NCBI GenBank assembly: GCA_963803805.1
Contig: CAWDOD010000002.1
Span: 544,001 to 608,000, forward strand
DNA length: 64,000 nucleotides
Reading direction: 5' to 3'
From: an uncultured cyanobacterium
Lineage (GTDB): Bacteria > Cyanobacteriota > Cyanobacteriia > Cyanobacteriales > CAWCAG01
A program made the translations under genes and the position numbers. The notes below the pieces were generated by a model, which was not told the DNA's origin, did no database searches, and saw only the letters and a program-made list of their open reading frames with translations. This document shows positions 1 to 9,539 of this stretch, one piece after another; within the stretch, counting starts at the first letter, position 1, and each line of letters begins with the position of its first letter.

Positions 1-5
1 CTTCT

Positions 6-566
6 TTGCTAGTTCCAACTTTACTATTAAGCAGCTATACTCCCTTAAAAAATCAAGATATTAATAGCCAAGGAAACACTTCACAAATAGCTCAATCTTC
101 TATTTGGCGATCTGTTACTTCTATTGCTGGGGGATTCACTGTTTTGATGCCAGGAGAACCTGTTCGCCGTTGGCAAAGTGTACCAACTTCTGTCGGAGAA
201 GCTAATTTTCTGGGTTATTTAGTCAATCGTCCCCAAGAAGAAACGAGCTATTATATAGCCTATTCTTACTTCCCTTATACTTTAGAAGAAGCTGGGGCTA
301 ACGAGATATTTGATGAGATATTTGATAAGATTAGACCTACAGTAGCCGGTGCTGAAACACCCACTGCTCCTACTAAAGAAACTATTGAATCTGATAATTT
401 TGCGGCGGCTCAATATGTTCTAAAGTTGGAAGATGATTACACTGCCATATACAGATTCTATTCAATAGATAGGCGTATTTACCAACAGGCAGTTTTCACC
501 AGGAAAGCTCAACATTTACCTAAGAGTATTGAAGGTTTCTTTGACTCTTTTAAGACTATTGATTAA
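6..566 (+). CDS. Hypothetical secreted protein, probably 5'-truncated by the window edge
   Basis: 186-aa ORF with the frame open to the window start; hydrophobic N-terminus; GGFTVLMPGEP and FFDSFK motifs recalled from a cyanobacterial secreted/PsbP-like family. Confidence 0.55.
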   Translation: MLVPTLLLSSYTPLKNQDINSQGNTSQIAQSSIWRSVTSIAGGFTVLMPGEPVRRWQSVPTSVGEANFLGYLVNRPQEETSYYIAYSYFPYTLEEAGANEIFDEIFDKIRPTVAGAETPTAPTKETIESDNFAAAQYVLKLEDDYTAIYRFYSIDRRIYQQAVFTRKAQHLPKSIEGFFDSFKTID

Positions 567-579
567 GGCATTAAAAATA

Positions 580-816
580 AGCGCACCTGTTGATTAGGTT
601 TCCCCTTCGTAAGCTCCCTAGGACTAGATTGCTCAACTCAAGCGGTCTCGGGTACTATCGCTCATTAGTTTCTTAAGAAACCAAACCGTAATAGCGATAG
701 TACCCGAAAGACCGCACAGTCAAGAGCAAGCTAGTGATGTGTGTATCAACTAAGCGCAAGGACAGCGATCCACTGTCCAGATTGCAAGGCTGTTTGACCG
801 AATCAACAAGTACGTA
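580..816 (-). ncRNA. ssrS: 6S RNA (SsaA/SsrS)
   Basis: Minus strand reads ...TTGTTGATTCGGTCAA...GGACAGTGGATCGCTGTCC...GGGGAAACCTAATCAACAGG. The closing stem 581-599/797-814 has G-U pairs only on the minus strand. Central hairpin GGACAGTGGATCGCTGTCC and 3' GGGGAAACCT match my recollection of cyanobacterial 6S RNAs. Long inner stem 624-734. Confidence 0.8.
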
Positions 817-822
817 CCAACT

Positions 823-852
823 ATTTTATGCTGATTTGATTAAGATTAGCAA
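823..852 (-). promoter_or_regulatory. Sigma70-type promoter for the 6S RNA
   Basis: Minus strand TTGCTA (847-852)-N18-TAAAAT (823-828), about 7 nt upstream of the RNA closing stem. Confidence 0.6.
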
Positions 853-904
853 TTAATAATTCTCTTCCTTAAAATAAAGAAAAGTCCAACCAAATCTGAA
901 AAGC

Positions 905-1864
905 ATGAAAACAAGAACTCTAGGTAACTCTGAGGTACAGATATCGCCAATTTTAATGGGAACTTGGCAAGCCGGTAAGCGTATGTGGGTGGGCATTGAA
1001 GACGAGGAGAGTATCAAAGCAATTCGGGCTGCTTTTGAGGCTGGTATTACCACTGTTGATACGGCTGAGGTTTATGGAGAAGGACATTCAGAACAAGTTG
1101 TTGCTAAGGCTTTGTCTGATGTAAGATCACAAGTTGTCTATGCTTCTAAAGTCTTTGCCAACCATCTTAAGTATGACCAGGTAATTGAAGCTTGTGAGCG
1201 CTCCTTAAAAAATCTGCAAACTGACTATCTTGATCTTTACCAAATTCATTGGCCTTCTGGTAATTTTAATAGCGAGGTTGTACCCGTTGAAGAAACAATG
1301 AGCGCTCTGAATAAACTCAAGGAAGAAGGTAAAATTAGAGCTATCGGTGTTTCCAATTTTTCTGGTAGCCAACTCTCTGAAGCGGCAAAATACGGGCGTA
1401 TTGACAGTTTGCAGCCACCTTATTCCCTATTTTGGCGACAAGTAGAAGCTGATGCTAGGGATTATTGTGTCGAAAATAATATTGCGATTCTAGCTTATTC
1501 TTCCCTTGCTCAAGGATTATTAACCGGGAAGTTTGGCCCAGATCACCAGTTCGCAGAAGGAGATCATCGGGCTAAAAATAAGCTTTTTCAAGGCGAAAAC
1601 TACCAAAGAGCGCAGGAAGCCCTTGATAAGTTGCGTCCTTTTGCTGAAAAACATGATTGTAGTTTAGCTCAATTAGCTTTAGCTTGGTTAATTGCTCAAC
1701 CCCAAACTAATGCGATCGCCGGGGCTAGAAATGCTGAACAAGCTTCAGCTAATGCTAAGGCTAGCGAGGTTAAGCTTTCTGAAGAAGAAGTAAAAGAAAT
1801 CGACAAAATCGGTCGTCACGTTACCGATCACCTTGACAGTGATCCTGTGATGTGGGATTGGTAA
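905..1864 (+). CDS. Aldo/keto reductase
   Basis: DTAEVYG (catalytic Asp/Tyr), SKV, LDLYQIHWP, IGVSNF, YSSLAQGLLTGK. Confidence 0.93.
   Translation: MKTRTLGNSEVQISPILMGTWQAGKRMWVGIEDEESIKAIRAAFEAGITTVDTAEVYGEGHSEQVVAKALSDVRSQVVYASKVFANHLKYDQVIEACERSLKNLQTDYLDLYQIHWPSGNFNSEVVPVEETMSALNKLKEEGKIRAIGVSNFSGSQLSEAAKYGRIDSLQPPYSLFWRQVEADARDYCVENNIAILAYSSLAQGLLTGKFGPDHQFAEGDHRAKNKLFQGENYQRAQEALDKLRPFAEKHDCSLAQLALAWLIAQPQTNAIAGARNAEQASANAKASEVKLSEEEVKEIDKIGRHVTDHLDSDPVMWDW
1712..1719. repeat. HIP1 octamer GCGATCGC (example; more than 20 copies seen across the window)
   Basis: Also near 2801, 4378, 5628, 5924, 8430, 9360, 13943, 20787, 21742, 23766, 25784, 30402, 32143, 33309, 35516, 38396, 47863, 48723, 50806, 63731; cyanobacterial signature. 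Confidence 0.9.
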
Positions 1865-2379
1865 GATTACTTTTTGACAGAAGTGAGTAATCATCGAAGC
1901 TGGCTTTTGTCAATAGGTACTTAAAATCTAGTCTCAAAAAAAAGTGATTGCCCTGTTGAATAATCTCTTCATTTTAGCTGTTTAATTTAAGGCAAAGCCT
2001 TATTTCGCTGTAGTTTTGTTCGACTAAAATGTGTTTTGGGTATAAAAGAGGCAACTGTATCATTTTTTATAAATCTTGATTAATTCTATTACAAAAGAAA
2101 CCCCCTTCAAAAGCTTATTGGCCCGTTCTCAACATAACTTTATAAAGATGGTCAAAACGTGCTTATGTTTAAATGATTTAAACATGAACAATAAGAAGCG
2201 AAAGTTTTGCTTATCAATGTTATTTTGGTCACATCCGTTTTTTATTCCTTGCCATGATATTATGTATGTGGTGGGAAAGATGCGCTCTAAAAACGAGTTT
2301 TCCAAACTACTTTTCCAAACTACTTTTGCCTTGATAAGCTGTTAGAGAAAGCTAAACTACAGTTCAAATGCACATTTGC

Positions 2380-2604
2380 TTAGCGATTTTTACTATTAAT
2401 TACCGCAGCAAAGAGTAAATAACCCAAACCAGCAGCTAGAGCAACTTCTTCTAGCCACTTGCTGCCAGAATATCTATACCAATGAGAAAAGCCTTCCAAG
2501 ACACGTAGAATTGATTCAATGCCCCAACCTAAAGCTTGAAGGCTCAAATAAACTAATGCAGCTATACCAAGAGCTTGAATAAAGGTGTTCCTAAACAAAT
2601 TCAT
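2380..2604 (-). CDS. Small membrane protein (two predicted TM helices)
   Basis: 74 aa with two hydrophobic stretches; GAGAGGAAG purine-rich RBS-like sequence upstream. Confidence 0.6.
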   Translation of the reverse strand: MNLFRNTFIQALGIAALVYLSLQALGWGIESILRVLEGFSHWYRYSGSKWLEEVALAAGLGYLLFAAVINSKNR

Positions 2605-2761
2605 ATAAATCTTCCTCTCTCACTACATTAATCATAATTCCCCAGAATAAGGTTAAGTAATAACACAAAGCTTTCTTTATTTCCAACTAGTAACTAGCCA
2701 CGCTTCTACTAGCAATAAACCAGAATCTAGGCTACACCTCACAAGTCATAGAATTACTATA

Positions 2762-4762
2762 CTATTTATTCCCAACTAATTTATCTCGCAAACTTTTAAT
2801 GCGATCGCGAAACTCAGCAGCTTTTTCAAACTCTAAGTTTTTCGCTGCTTCCTTCATCTGTTCTTCTAGTTGTTCAATCAATTCTGGTACTTTTTCTAAA
2901 GGTATATCTTCAGTCTTTTGCGTAATAACTTCTAACTCCTGGGCATTGAGTTTCCGGGAAATATCTAAATAAGCCAAAATAGAATTACTGGCTCTTCTAA
3001 TAATAGGTTGGGGAGTAATATTATGGGTGCGGTTGTAAGCGATTTGAATATTCCTACGTCGTTCCGTTTCTTCAATCGCTTTAGCCATACTATCAGTAAG
3101 GTTATCAGCATATAAAATCGCTTGCCCCCGAACATGACGGGCTGCCCTACCAATAGTTTGAATTAATGAACGTGCTGCTCGTAAAAAGCCTTCTTTATCT
3201 GCATCTAAAATAGCCACTAGGGAAACTTCTGGTAAATCTAAACCTTCTCGCAATAAGTTAACCCCAATCAAGACATCAAAAGCCCCTTGTCGCAAAGCTT
3301 GAATTATTTCAATTCTTTGGATAGATTGAATTTCGGAGTGGAGATACTGCACTTTTATCTCTCTTTCTTGTAAATACTCCGTTAAGTCCTCTGCCATCCG
3401 TTTAGTTAAGGTAGTAATCAAAACCCTCTCATCTAAGGCTACTCGTTCCTTAATTTCCCCTAAAAGATCATCAATTTGTCCTTCGGTGGGACGAACAAAA
3501 ATCTCCGGATCAATAACTCCTGTGGGGCGAATAATTTGTTCTACAATCCTACCTTCAGATTGTTCAATTTCCCAATTTCCCGGAGTAGCAGAAACAAAAA
3601 TACATTGGTTAGCTTTATCCCAAAATTCCTCTGCTTTTAAAGGGCGATTATCTGCCGCACTAGGTAAGCGAAAACCATGATCAATTAAAACTTTTTTCCT
3701 CGCTTGATCACCATTATACATACCCCGAATTTGCGGCACAGTAACGTGGGATTCATCCACCACCAATAACCAATCTTCAGGGAAATAATCGATTAAACAT
3801 TCCGGGGGTTCTCCTGCTTGTCTCCCGGCTAAATGGCGAGAATAGTTTTCGACTCCATTAGAATAACCTACCTCCCGCAACATCTCTAAATCATAGCGGG
3901 TACGCTGTTCTAAACGCTGTGCTTCTAAGAGTTTACCTGCTGCTTCTAAATTAGTTAATTGTTGGTTTAATTCCACCTCAATATCCGAACAAGCTTGTTC
4001 TAATCTTTCTTCTGGAGTAACAAAGTGACGGGCAGGATAAATATTTACTCCGTTTAAGCTGTGGAGAATTTCCCCTGTAACTGGGTTTATGTAGCGAATG
4101 GCATCTATTTCATCTCCAAAAAATTCTACTCTGATGAGCCGATCTTCATAAGCGGGGCCAATTTCCAACACATCCCCCTTAACCCGAAACCGCCCCCGCC
4201 CAATTTCTACATCGTTGCGGCTATACTGTATCGAAGCTAAATCCCGCAATAACTTGCGCTGATCTACTTCTTCCCCGATACGTAAAGGAATAGATGCTTT
4301 GAGGTATTCCGAAGGCATCCCCAAACCATAAATGCAGCTAATGGAAGCCACTACAATCACATCCTTCCTTTCAAACAGCGATCGCGTGGCAGAGTGACGC
4401 AACATATCAATTTCTTCATTAATAGAAGCTGTCTTTTCAATATAAGTATCACTGACAGCAATATAAGCTTCTGGTTGATAGTAATCGTAATAACTTATAA
4501 AATATTCCACTGCATTTTCTGGGAAAAATTGCCGCAACTCATTACATAATTGTGCTGCTAAAGTTTTATTATGAGCCAACACTAAAGTTGGCTTACCAGT
4601 ATTCGCAATCACCTGGGCAATAGTAAAAGTTTTCCCTGTCCCCGTCGCCCCCAGAAGAGTTTGTGTCGGATTTCCCCCTAGAACAGATTCTGTAAGCTGG
4701 GTAATTGCTTGGGGTTGATCTCCTGTGGGTTGAAAGGGGGCTTCGATTTTGAATTGATTCAT
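2762..4762 (-). CDS. uvrB: Excinuclease ABC subunit B
   Basis: [12 protein letters not shown]alker [11 protein letters not shown] beta-hairpin, VDESH, C-terminal UVR coiled coil [10 protein letters not shown]. Confidence 0.98.
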   Translation of the reverse strand: MNQFKIEAPFQPTGDQPQAITQLTESVLGGNPTQTLLGATGTGKTFTIAQVIANTGKPTLVLAHNKTLAAQLCNELRQFFPENAVEYFISYYDYYQPEAYIAVSDTYIEKTASINEEIDMLRHSATRSLFERKDVIVVASISCIYGLGMPSEYLKASIPLRIGEEVDQRKLLRDLASIQYSRNDVEIGRGRFRVKGDVLEIGPAYEDRLIRVEFFGDEIDAIRYINPVTGEILHSLNGVNIYPARHFVTPEERLEQACSDIEVELNQQLTNLEAAGKLLEAQRLEQRTRYDLEMLREVGYSNGVENYSRHLAGRQAGEPPECLIDYFPEDWLLVVDESHVTVPQIRGMYNGDQARKKVLIDHGFRLPSAADNRPLKAEEFWDKANQCIFVSATPGNWEIEQSEGRIVEQIIRPTGVIDPEIFVRPTEGQIDDLLGEIKERVALDERVLITTLTKRMAEDLTEYLQEREIKVQYLHSEIQSIQRIEIIQALRQGAFDVLIGVNLLREGLDLPEVSLVAILDADKEGFLRAARSLIQTIGRAARHVRGQAILYADNLTDSMAKAIEETERRRNIQIAYNRTHNITPQPIIRRASNSILAYLDISRKLNAQELEVITQKTEDIPLEKVPELIEQLEEQMKEAAKNLEFEKAAEFRDRIKSLRDKLVGNK

Positions 4763-4939
4763 ACTAATTTTTGCGCTTTTGCTAATAGCTAACGGCTAAT
4801 TAAAAGGGTTTTTATGAAGTAGGAAATTTAATTATCTGAAGAGAGGTGATCACCTTTAAGAAACTGACTAGATTTTCCTGGTAAATCTCTATTCAGCTTT
4901 TCAAATACCACCTCATTTTATAACAAAATTCAAGAAAGT

Positions 4940-4953
4940 AGTACTAATTTACT
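4940..4953. promoter_or_regulatory. Candidate LexA (SOS) box upstream of uvrB
   Basis: AGTACTAATTTACT, one mismatch to the cyanobacterial AGTAC-N4-GTACT / RGTACNNNDGTWCB consensus, about 180 bp upstream of the uvrB start. Confidence 0.35.
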
Positions 4954-5018
4954 GAAATAATTATTACCTTTCCTACAAACTTTACCAAGAAAAGCCCGTA
5001 GAATCCCTCAACAGACAA

Positions 5019-5040
5019 TTTTGGTAAAAGTTACTATAAT
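5019..5040 (+). promoter_or_regulatory. NrtR-type operator overlapping a TATAAT -10 box upstream of pncB
   Basis: TTTTGGTAAAAGTTACTATAA: imperfect 21-bp palindrome with the GT-N7-AC core typical of NrtR sites; TATAAT at 5035-5040; sits before an NAD salvage gene. Confidence 0.65.
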
Positions 5041-5069
5041 TGTGAAATCAGCCACGCATTGCACCAAAT

Positions 5070-6413
5070 ATGATTGCCAAAGAACAAGAATTAACTCTGG
5101 CTAGCGAGGATTACAGCCTGTTAACTGACTTATACCAGTTAACCATGACAGCTTGTTATGTTGGGGAAGATTTAGCCACAAAACCCGCTAGCTTTGAACT
5201 ATTTACCCGTCGCTTACCAGATAACTATGGCTATTTAATTGCCATGGGCTTAACCCAAGCTTTAGAATACCTACAAAAGCTGCGCTTTACTCCCCAACAA
5301 ATTACCTCCTTGCAAGAAACAGGAATTTTTAGCCAAGCTCCAGAGCAGTTCTGGACTTTGCTAGAATCAGGTAGCTTTACTGGAGATGTGTGGGCAGTTC
5401 CTGAAGGGACAGCGATTTTTGCCCAGGAACCATTGTTACGGATCGAAGCCCCTCTGTGGCAAGGGCAATTGGTAGAAACCTATCTCCTCAACACCATTAA
5501 CTACCAAACCTTAATCGCCACCAAAGCCGCCCGTCTGCGCCAGGTTGCAGGGAAAGAAGCGAATTTGTTGGAATTTGGTACGCGCAGAGCCTTTAGTCCC
5601 CAAGGGGCTATGTGGGCTGCTAGGGCAGCGATCGCGGGGGGATTAGATGGAACTTCTAACGTTTTAGCTGCTTTAAAATTAGGACGCAAACCGGCTGGTA
5701 CAATGGCTCATGCTTTGGTGATGGCTATAGGTGCAATGGCAGGGGGAGAAGATGAAGCATTCAGCGCTTTTAGCCATTATTTTCCCCAAGCCCCTTTATT
5801 AATTGATACCTACGATCCTCTAGCGGCGGCTAGTCGGTTGGCGGAGGAAGTTAAGGCAGGGAAGCGGCATTTAACGGGAATACGTTTAGATTCCGGGGAC
5901 TTAGTTACTTTATCCCAAAAAGTGCGATCGCTCCTCCCAGAGGTAACTATTTTTGCTAGTGGGGATTTAGATGAGTGGAAGATTGCTCAATTAATAGAAG
6001 CTGGGGCTTGTATTGATAGTTATGGTTTAGGAACTAAGTTAGTAACAGGTGCGCCTGTAAACGGAGTTTATAAGTTGGTGGAAATTGATAGTATTCCTAC
6101 TAGCAAAAAGTCTTTTAATAAAAGTACTTACCCTGGGAAAAAGCAGATTTTCCGTCAACAACAAGGCAGGAAGTTTATTCAAGATCGATTAGGTTTAGCA
6201 GAAGAAGTTTCTCAACCTGGTGAAGAGAGTCTTTTAAGGTTAGTGATGAAGCAAGGAGAATGTTGTTATAAAGCAGATTCTTTAGAAACTATTAGTGAAC
6301 GTGTTGCTTCTTCTGTCGCTAGTTTACCAAGTTCAACGGTGCAAATAAGTGAGCCAGTTACTTTTAAGGTGGAGATTTCCCAGCAGTTAAAAGAGCTAAC
6401 CAGTAAACAGTGA
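5070..6413 (+). CDS. pncB: Nicotinate phosphoribosyltransferase
   Basis: LLTDLYQLTM, EFGTRRA, GTMAH, LIDTYD, IRLDSGD, GVYKLVE. Confidence 0.95.
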   Translation: MIAKEQELTLASEDYSLLTDLYQLTMTACYVGEDLATKPASFELFTRRLPDNYGYLIAMGLTQALEYLQKLRFTPQQITSLQETGIFSQAPEQFWTLLESGSFTGDVWAVPEGTAIFAQEPLLRIEAPLWQGQLVETYLLNTINYQTLIATKAARLRQVAGKEANLLEFGTRRAFSPQGAMWAARAAIAGGLDGTSNVLAALKLGRKPAGTMAHALVMAIGAMAGGEDEAFSAFSHYFPQAPLLIDTYDPLAAASRLAEEVKAGKRHLTGIRLDSGDLVTLSQKVRSLLPEVTIFASGDLDEWKIAQLIEAGACIDSYGLGTKLVTGAPVNGVYKLVEIDSIPTSKKSFNKSTYPGKKQIFRQQQGRKFIQDRLGLAEEVSQPGEESLLRLVMKQGECCYKADSLETISERVASSVASLPSSTVQISEPVTFKVEISQQLKELTSKQ

Positions 6414-6436
6414 GGGAAAAATGTAATTTACCTAAT

Positions 6437-7006
6437 TTACATCTGTTCAATTAACAAAGTGAATTCAGGTAAAACATCTTCTCCTGATAAAGATGTTGGT
6501 AAAGTTAAAGTTTCTACATCTTGTTGGGAGCGATAAATTTCTACCGTATTGTTTTGGGGATCAGTTAACCAACCTAACCTTAAGCCACAATCCAAATACT
6601 CCCCCATCTTTTCTTGTAAAGGTTTTAATCTATCACTAGGAGAGCGCAACTCAATAACAAAATCTGGGCAAATAGGAGGGAATTTTCTTCTTTGTTCTGG
6701 AGTTAGGGCAAGCCATCTTTCTTTTACTATCCAGGCAACATCAGGGGAGCGACTACCGCCACCAGGTAAGTTAAATATAGTTGATGAGCTAAAGACAAAT
6801 CCTAAGTTACTCTGACGATTCCAGAGGCTAACTTGAAAGATTAAATCTGCTTCTTTGTTACCACTTTCTCCTCCCACTGGGGACATAATAATTAATTCTC
6901 CATCACGACTAAGTTCTAATGGTACATCTGGATTAGCACTACAGAGTTGATAAAAGTTTTCTGTTGTTAATCTAATTAATGGTTTTAAATCTAATACAGT
7001 TCTCAT
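6437..7006 (-). CDS. Uma2 family (PD-(D/E)XK) endonuclease
   Basis: RSPDVAWI, CPDFVIELRSPSD, LGWL.DP, LSGEDVLPEF. Confidence 0.93.
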   Translation of the reverse strand: MRTVLDLKPLIRLTTENFYQLCSANPDVPLELSRDGELIIMSPVGGESGNKEADLIFQVSLWNRQSNLGFVFSSSTIFNLPGGGSRSPDVAWIVKERWLALTPEQRRKFPPICPDFVIELRSPSDRLKPLQEKMGEYLDCGLRLGWLTDPQNNTVEIYRSQQDVETLTLPTSLSGEDVLPEFTLLIEQM

Positions 7007-7272
7007 CTTATTTCTCTTGAATGTTTACAATACTTTTTTCATAAATTAATGATGTTTATTATTCATGATTTCATTGCTATAAGATCACAAAACTATCTGG
7101 TAGAGTTTTTTAGCTAAAAAAACATGGTCTATTGATAGGATAAATAATATTTGTTAGCCTTAACAAAAACATCATCGTTGTATGAGTACACTGCTGGCAG
7201 AAGTTTACTGACAACTAAAGGTTCGCTCTCTTGGTGGAAACTAAATTGTGTTGAATTATCAGAGTATATTTT

Positions 7273-7902
7273 ATGGTACAAACAGTAAAAGCGACAGATT
7301 TGACTCGTTATGATGTCGAGAGAAAATTTGGTTTGCAATTAGTACAAGATGAAAGCTTTTTCTGTGAATGGTTAGATAACTTACCAGAATTAACGAATGC
7401 CGAAAAGCAAGCATTAGACTTGCTGAAAGCTCGTTATCTACACTTGTCGGCACGACCAATGCTGGAATCCATTGTCAAAATGGTTGTGCTATCTCCCTTG
7501 CTAGCTTTGGCTGGTTTCTATGATCCTCCTTTCTACATAACAGCAGAAGAAGAAATTCTTGTTAAGGAAGAAGTTGATGGAGAAATAATTCGAGGCAAAA
7601 TTGATATTCTGGTCGTACAGGGTAGTTTTTGGATTGGTGTAGTGCAGGCTAAACGGGAACAGGCAGATGTGATGACATCTTTACCTCAAACTTTATCTTA
7701 TATGATGGCCAATCCTAAGCCATCCCAACCTGCTTTCGGATTACTAATCAATGGTAGAGAAGTTGTTTTTGTGAAGTTAACTCAACAGAATACACCAAAA
7801 TATGCCCTTTCCAATACTTTTTCTCTGTTTAATCGTGGCAATGATTTTTATCAAGTTTTGCAGATTTTAAAAAAATATGTACAAACGCTATTTTCCGTAT
7901 GA
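7273..7902 (+). CDS. Cyanobacterial restriction-endonuclease-like protein (HsdR N-terminal-like PD-(D/E)XK fold)
   Basis: ESIVKMVVLSPLL.LAGFY, IRGKIDILV, Q-A-K (usual E-x-K position), LPQTLSYMM, GLLINGRE. Confidence 0.75.
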   Translation: MVQTVKATDLTRYDVERKFGLQLVQDESFFCEWLDNLPELTNAEKQALDLLKARYLHLSARPMLESIVKMVVLSPLLALAGFYDPPFYITAEEEILVKEEVDGEIIRGKIDILVVQGSFWIGVVQAKREQADVMTSLPQTLSYMMANPKPSQPAFGLLINGREVVFVKLTQQNTPKYALSNTFSLFNRGNDFYQVLQILKKYVQTLFSV

Positions 7903-8051
7903 AACTGTAGATGATATTGAAAACCTTTTAAGACAAAGCTATGAAAGTATTAAAGAATTTAATGAAGATATCAAAGCTCGTATTTTGACATTATTTTAAA
8001 GTTTTTGGCAAAGTGAAATTACGATTGAAAGGAAAAAGAATCTTATACAAA

Positions 8052-9539
8052 TCAGTCATTAATAGGGCAAGCTATCAGTAGTGAAAATAGCTTAAGAACT
8101 TTCAGCTCTTCTAATCTTTGTCCTTTCCACCACGCTTCATCTTGGCGGAGTTCGTAGTCCATGTTTCTTCTAAACTCTTCCTTATCTAGCTTATCACCCA
8201 TCAAAGAGCTACCAAAAGCCATGAAATCAGCAAGAAGCTGCTTTTGCCAATCCTGCTTTATTACTGCTTTACTGACAGTTCGTAAACCGCTAACATAAGC
8301 ATCTAAAGCTGCATTATCTGCTGTGACAACCTGCATAACCCCCCAAGGAAGATGACCCTCTAGTGTATTGGTGGAAGTATAAGAAACTTGATTGGAGGAG
8401 ATCCAAGAATTTTGGCAGCGCCAGCCTACGCGATCGCCAAATGCTTGTGGGTCTTTTTGGCATTCATTAAAGATTCGCTTCTGTACACTGAAGCCAAAAC
8501 GTCCATCGCTAGATTTTAACCATAAGTGGTCAATAACTTGCAGAACTTGACAAGGAAAATTTTGAATTTGTTTATCGGTAAGGTAGCCTTCTTCTTCTTG
8601 CTTAGCTACTTTTAAAATAATAGTTCTAGTTGCTTCATTTGCTTCTCGCCATCTTCCTGATGCTAGTAAATTCTCCAAATGTGTATATTCTTCACTTCTA
8701 GTTATAGAGAAGGTGAGAAACTTTTGAATAATTGGGCGAAAATTTTTCCAAACAATTTCTCCTTTAAAGTTATCAGAAACATTGGCTACTTTTTCATAAA
8801 AATGTAGTTTCTGTTTATTTAACTCACACACTATTGGTATTTCGTACCAGAGCAAATTGACTCTGTGGTTAATAGGATTCGTGGTTCGTATGGCAGTAGC
8901 TGTATTTTCATCTAAATTGTCAACAATTGCTACAGCGAAACAAGCATGAGTCGGAACCCGAAAATTATATATAGCTTCGCCAACTGCTGATGAATTAACT
9001 GTACCTTTAGCTATTCGTAAACATTGGGCTGAATATTGCTGTAAAATCTTAATTTGCATTGAGGAAAACTCAGAGAACATAAACAAAGCTTCACCTCGCA
9101 TTCCCTGCTGTAGTTCAAAGTCTGATATGGTAGCAATATAGTTAAATAGCCTTCCGTTCTTGAAAACATTTTGACGAATTTCTAAGGAACCTTGTTGTCG
9201 TAACTTTGGTAAAACATCTTCAAAGTATTGCTCTAAAGATAAACTTTTTTCACAAGCTTCAATTGTTCTAAAGTAGTCGGTATTAAAATCGTTTTCTTGG
9301 TTGGTACGAAGAGCTTTAATCAAAGCTTGAATAGCTTCATCATCCCAAGTATAGTAGTTGCGATCGCCAATATGAATATCTTCACCGTGACTTATGTTGA
9401 CATTATATTTACCTAGCTGCTTAATACTTTGACTATCATTACTTTCAAGTAGTTGTTTAAGAGTTTGAATATCAGCTTCCGTTTGTTGGTTTTCAGCAAT
9501 ACGCTTGAAAATAGCATTTATTTGATTGGCAGTATTCAT
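8052..9539 (-). CDS. EAD10-like N-terminal domain + uncharacterised central domain + GUN4 domain protein
   Basis: N-terminus IFKRIAENQQTEADIQTLKQLL...QLGKYNVNISHGEDIHIGDR; GUN4 motifs LENLLASGRWREANEAT, FPCQVLQVIDHLWLKSSDGRFGFSVQKRI, FGDRVGWR, GHLPW. Confidence 0.85.
   Translation of the reverse strand: MNTANQINAIFKRIAENQQTEADIQTLKQLLESNDSQSIKQLGKYNVNISHGEDIHIGDRNYYTWDDEAIQALIKALRTNQENDFNTDYFRTIEACEKSLSLEQYFEDVLPKLRQQGSLEIRQNVFKNGRLFNYIATISDFELQQGMRGEALFMFSEFSSMQIKILQQYSAQCLRIAKGTVNSSAVGEAIYNFRVPTHACFAVAIVDNLDENTATAIRTTNPINHRVNLLWYEIPIVCELNKQKLHFYEKVANVSDNFKGEIVWKNFRPIIQKFLTFSITRSEEYTHLENLLASGRWREANEATRTIILKVAKQEEEGYLTDKQIQNFPCQVLQVIDHLWLKSSDGRFGFSVQKRIFNECQKDPQAFGDRVGWRCQNSWISSNQVSYTSTNTLEGHLPWGVMQVVTADNAALDAYVSGLRTVSKAVIKQDWQKQLLADFMAFGSSLMGDKLDKEEFRRNMDYELRQDEAWWKGQRLEELKVLKLFSLLIACPIND

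Noticed and set aside
580-816. Retron msr-msd or group II intron interpretation of the long hairpin with flanking inverted repeats
   Set aside because: No reverse transcriptase nearby; the sequence motifs and promoter fit cyanobacterial 6S RNA better
2076-2345. 89-aa ORF and a 13-bp tandem duplication (TTTTCCAAACTAC x2, 2298-2327)
   Set aside because: TTG start, AT-rich, no recognisable motifs; the duplication is probably slippage
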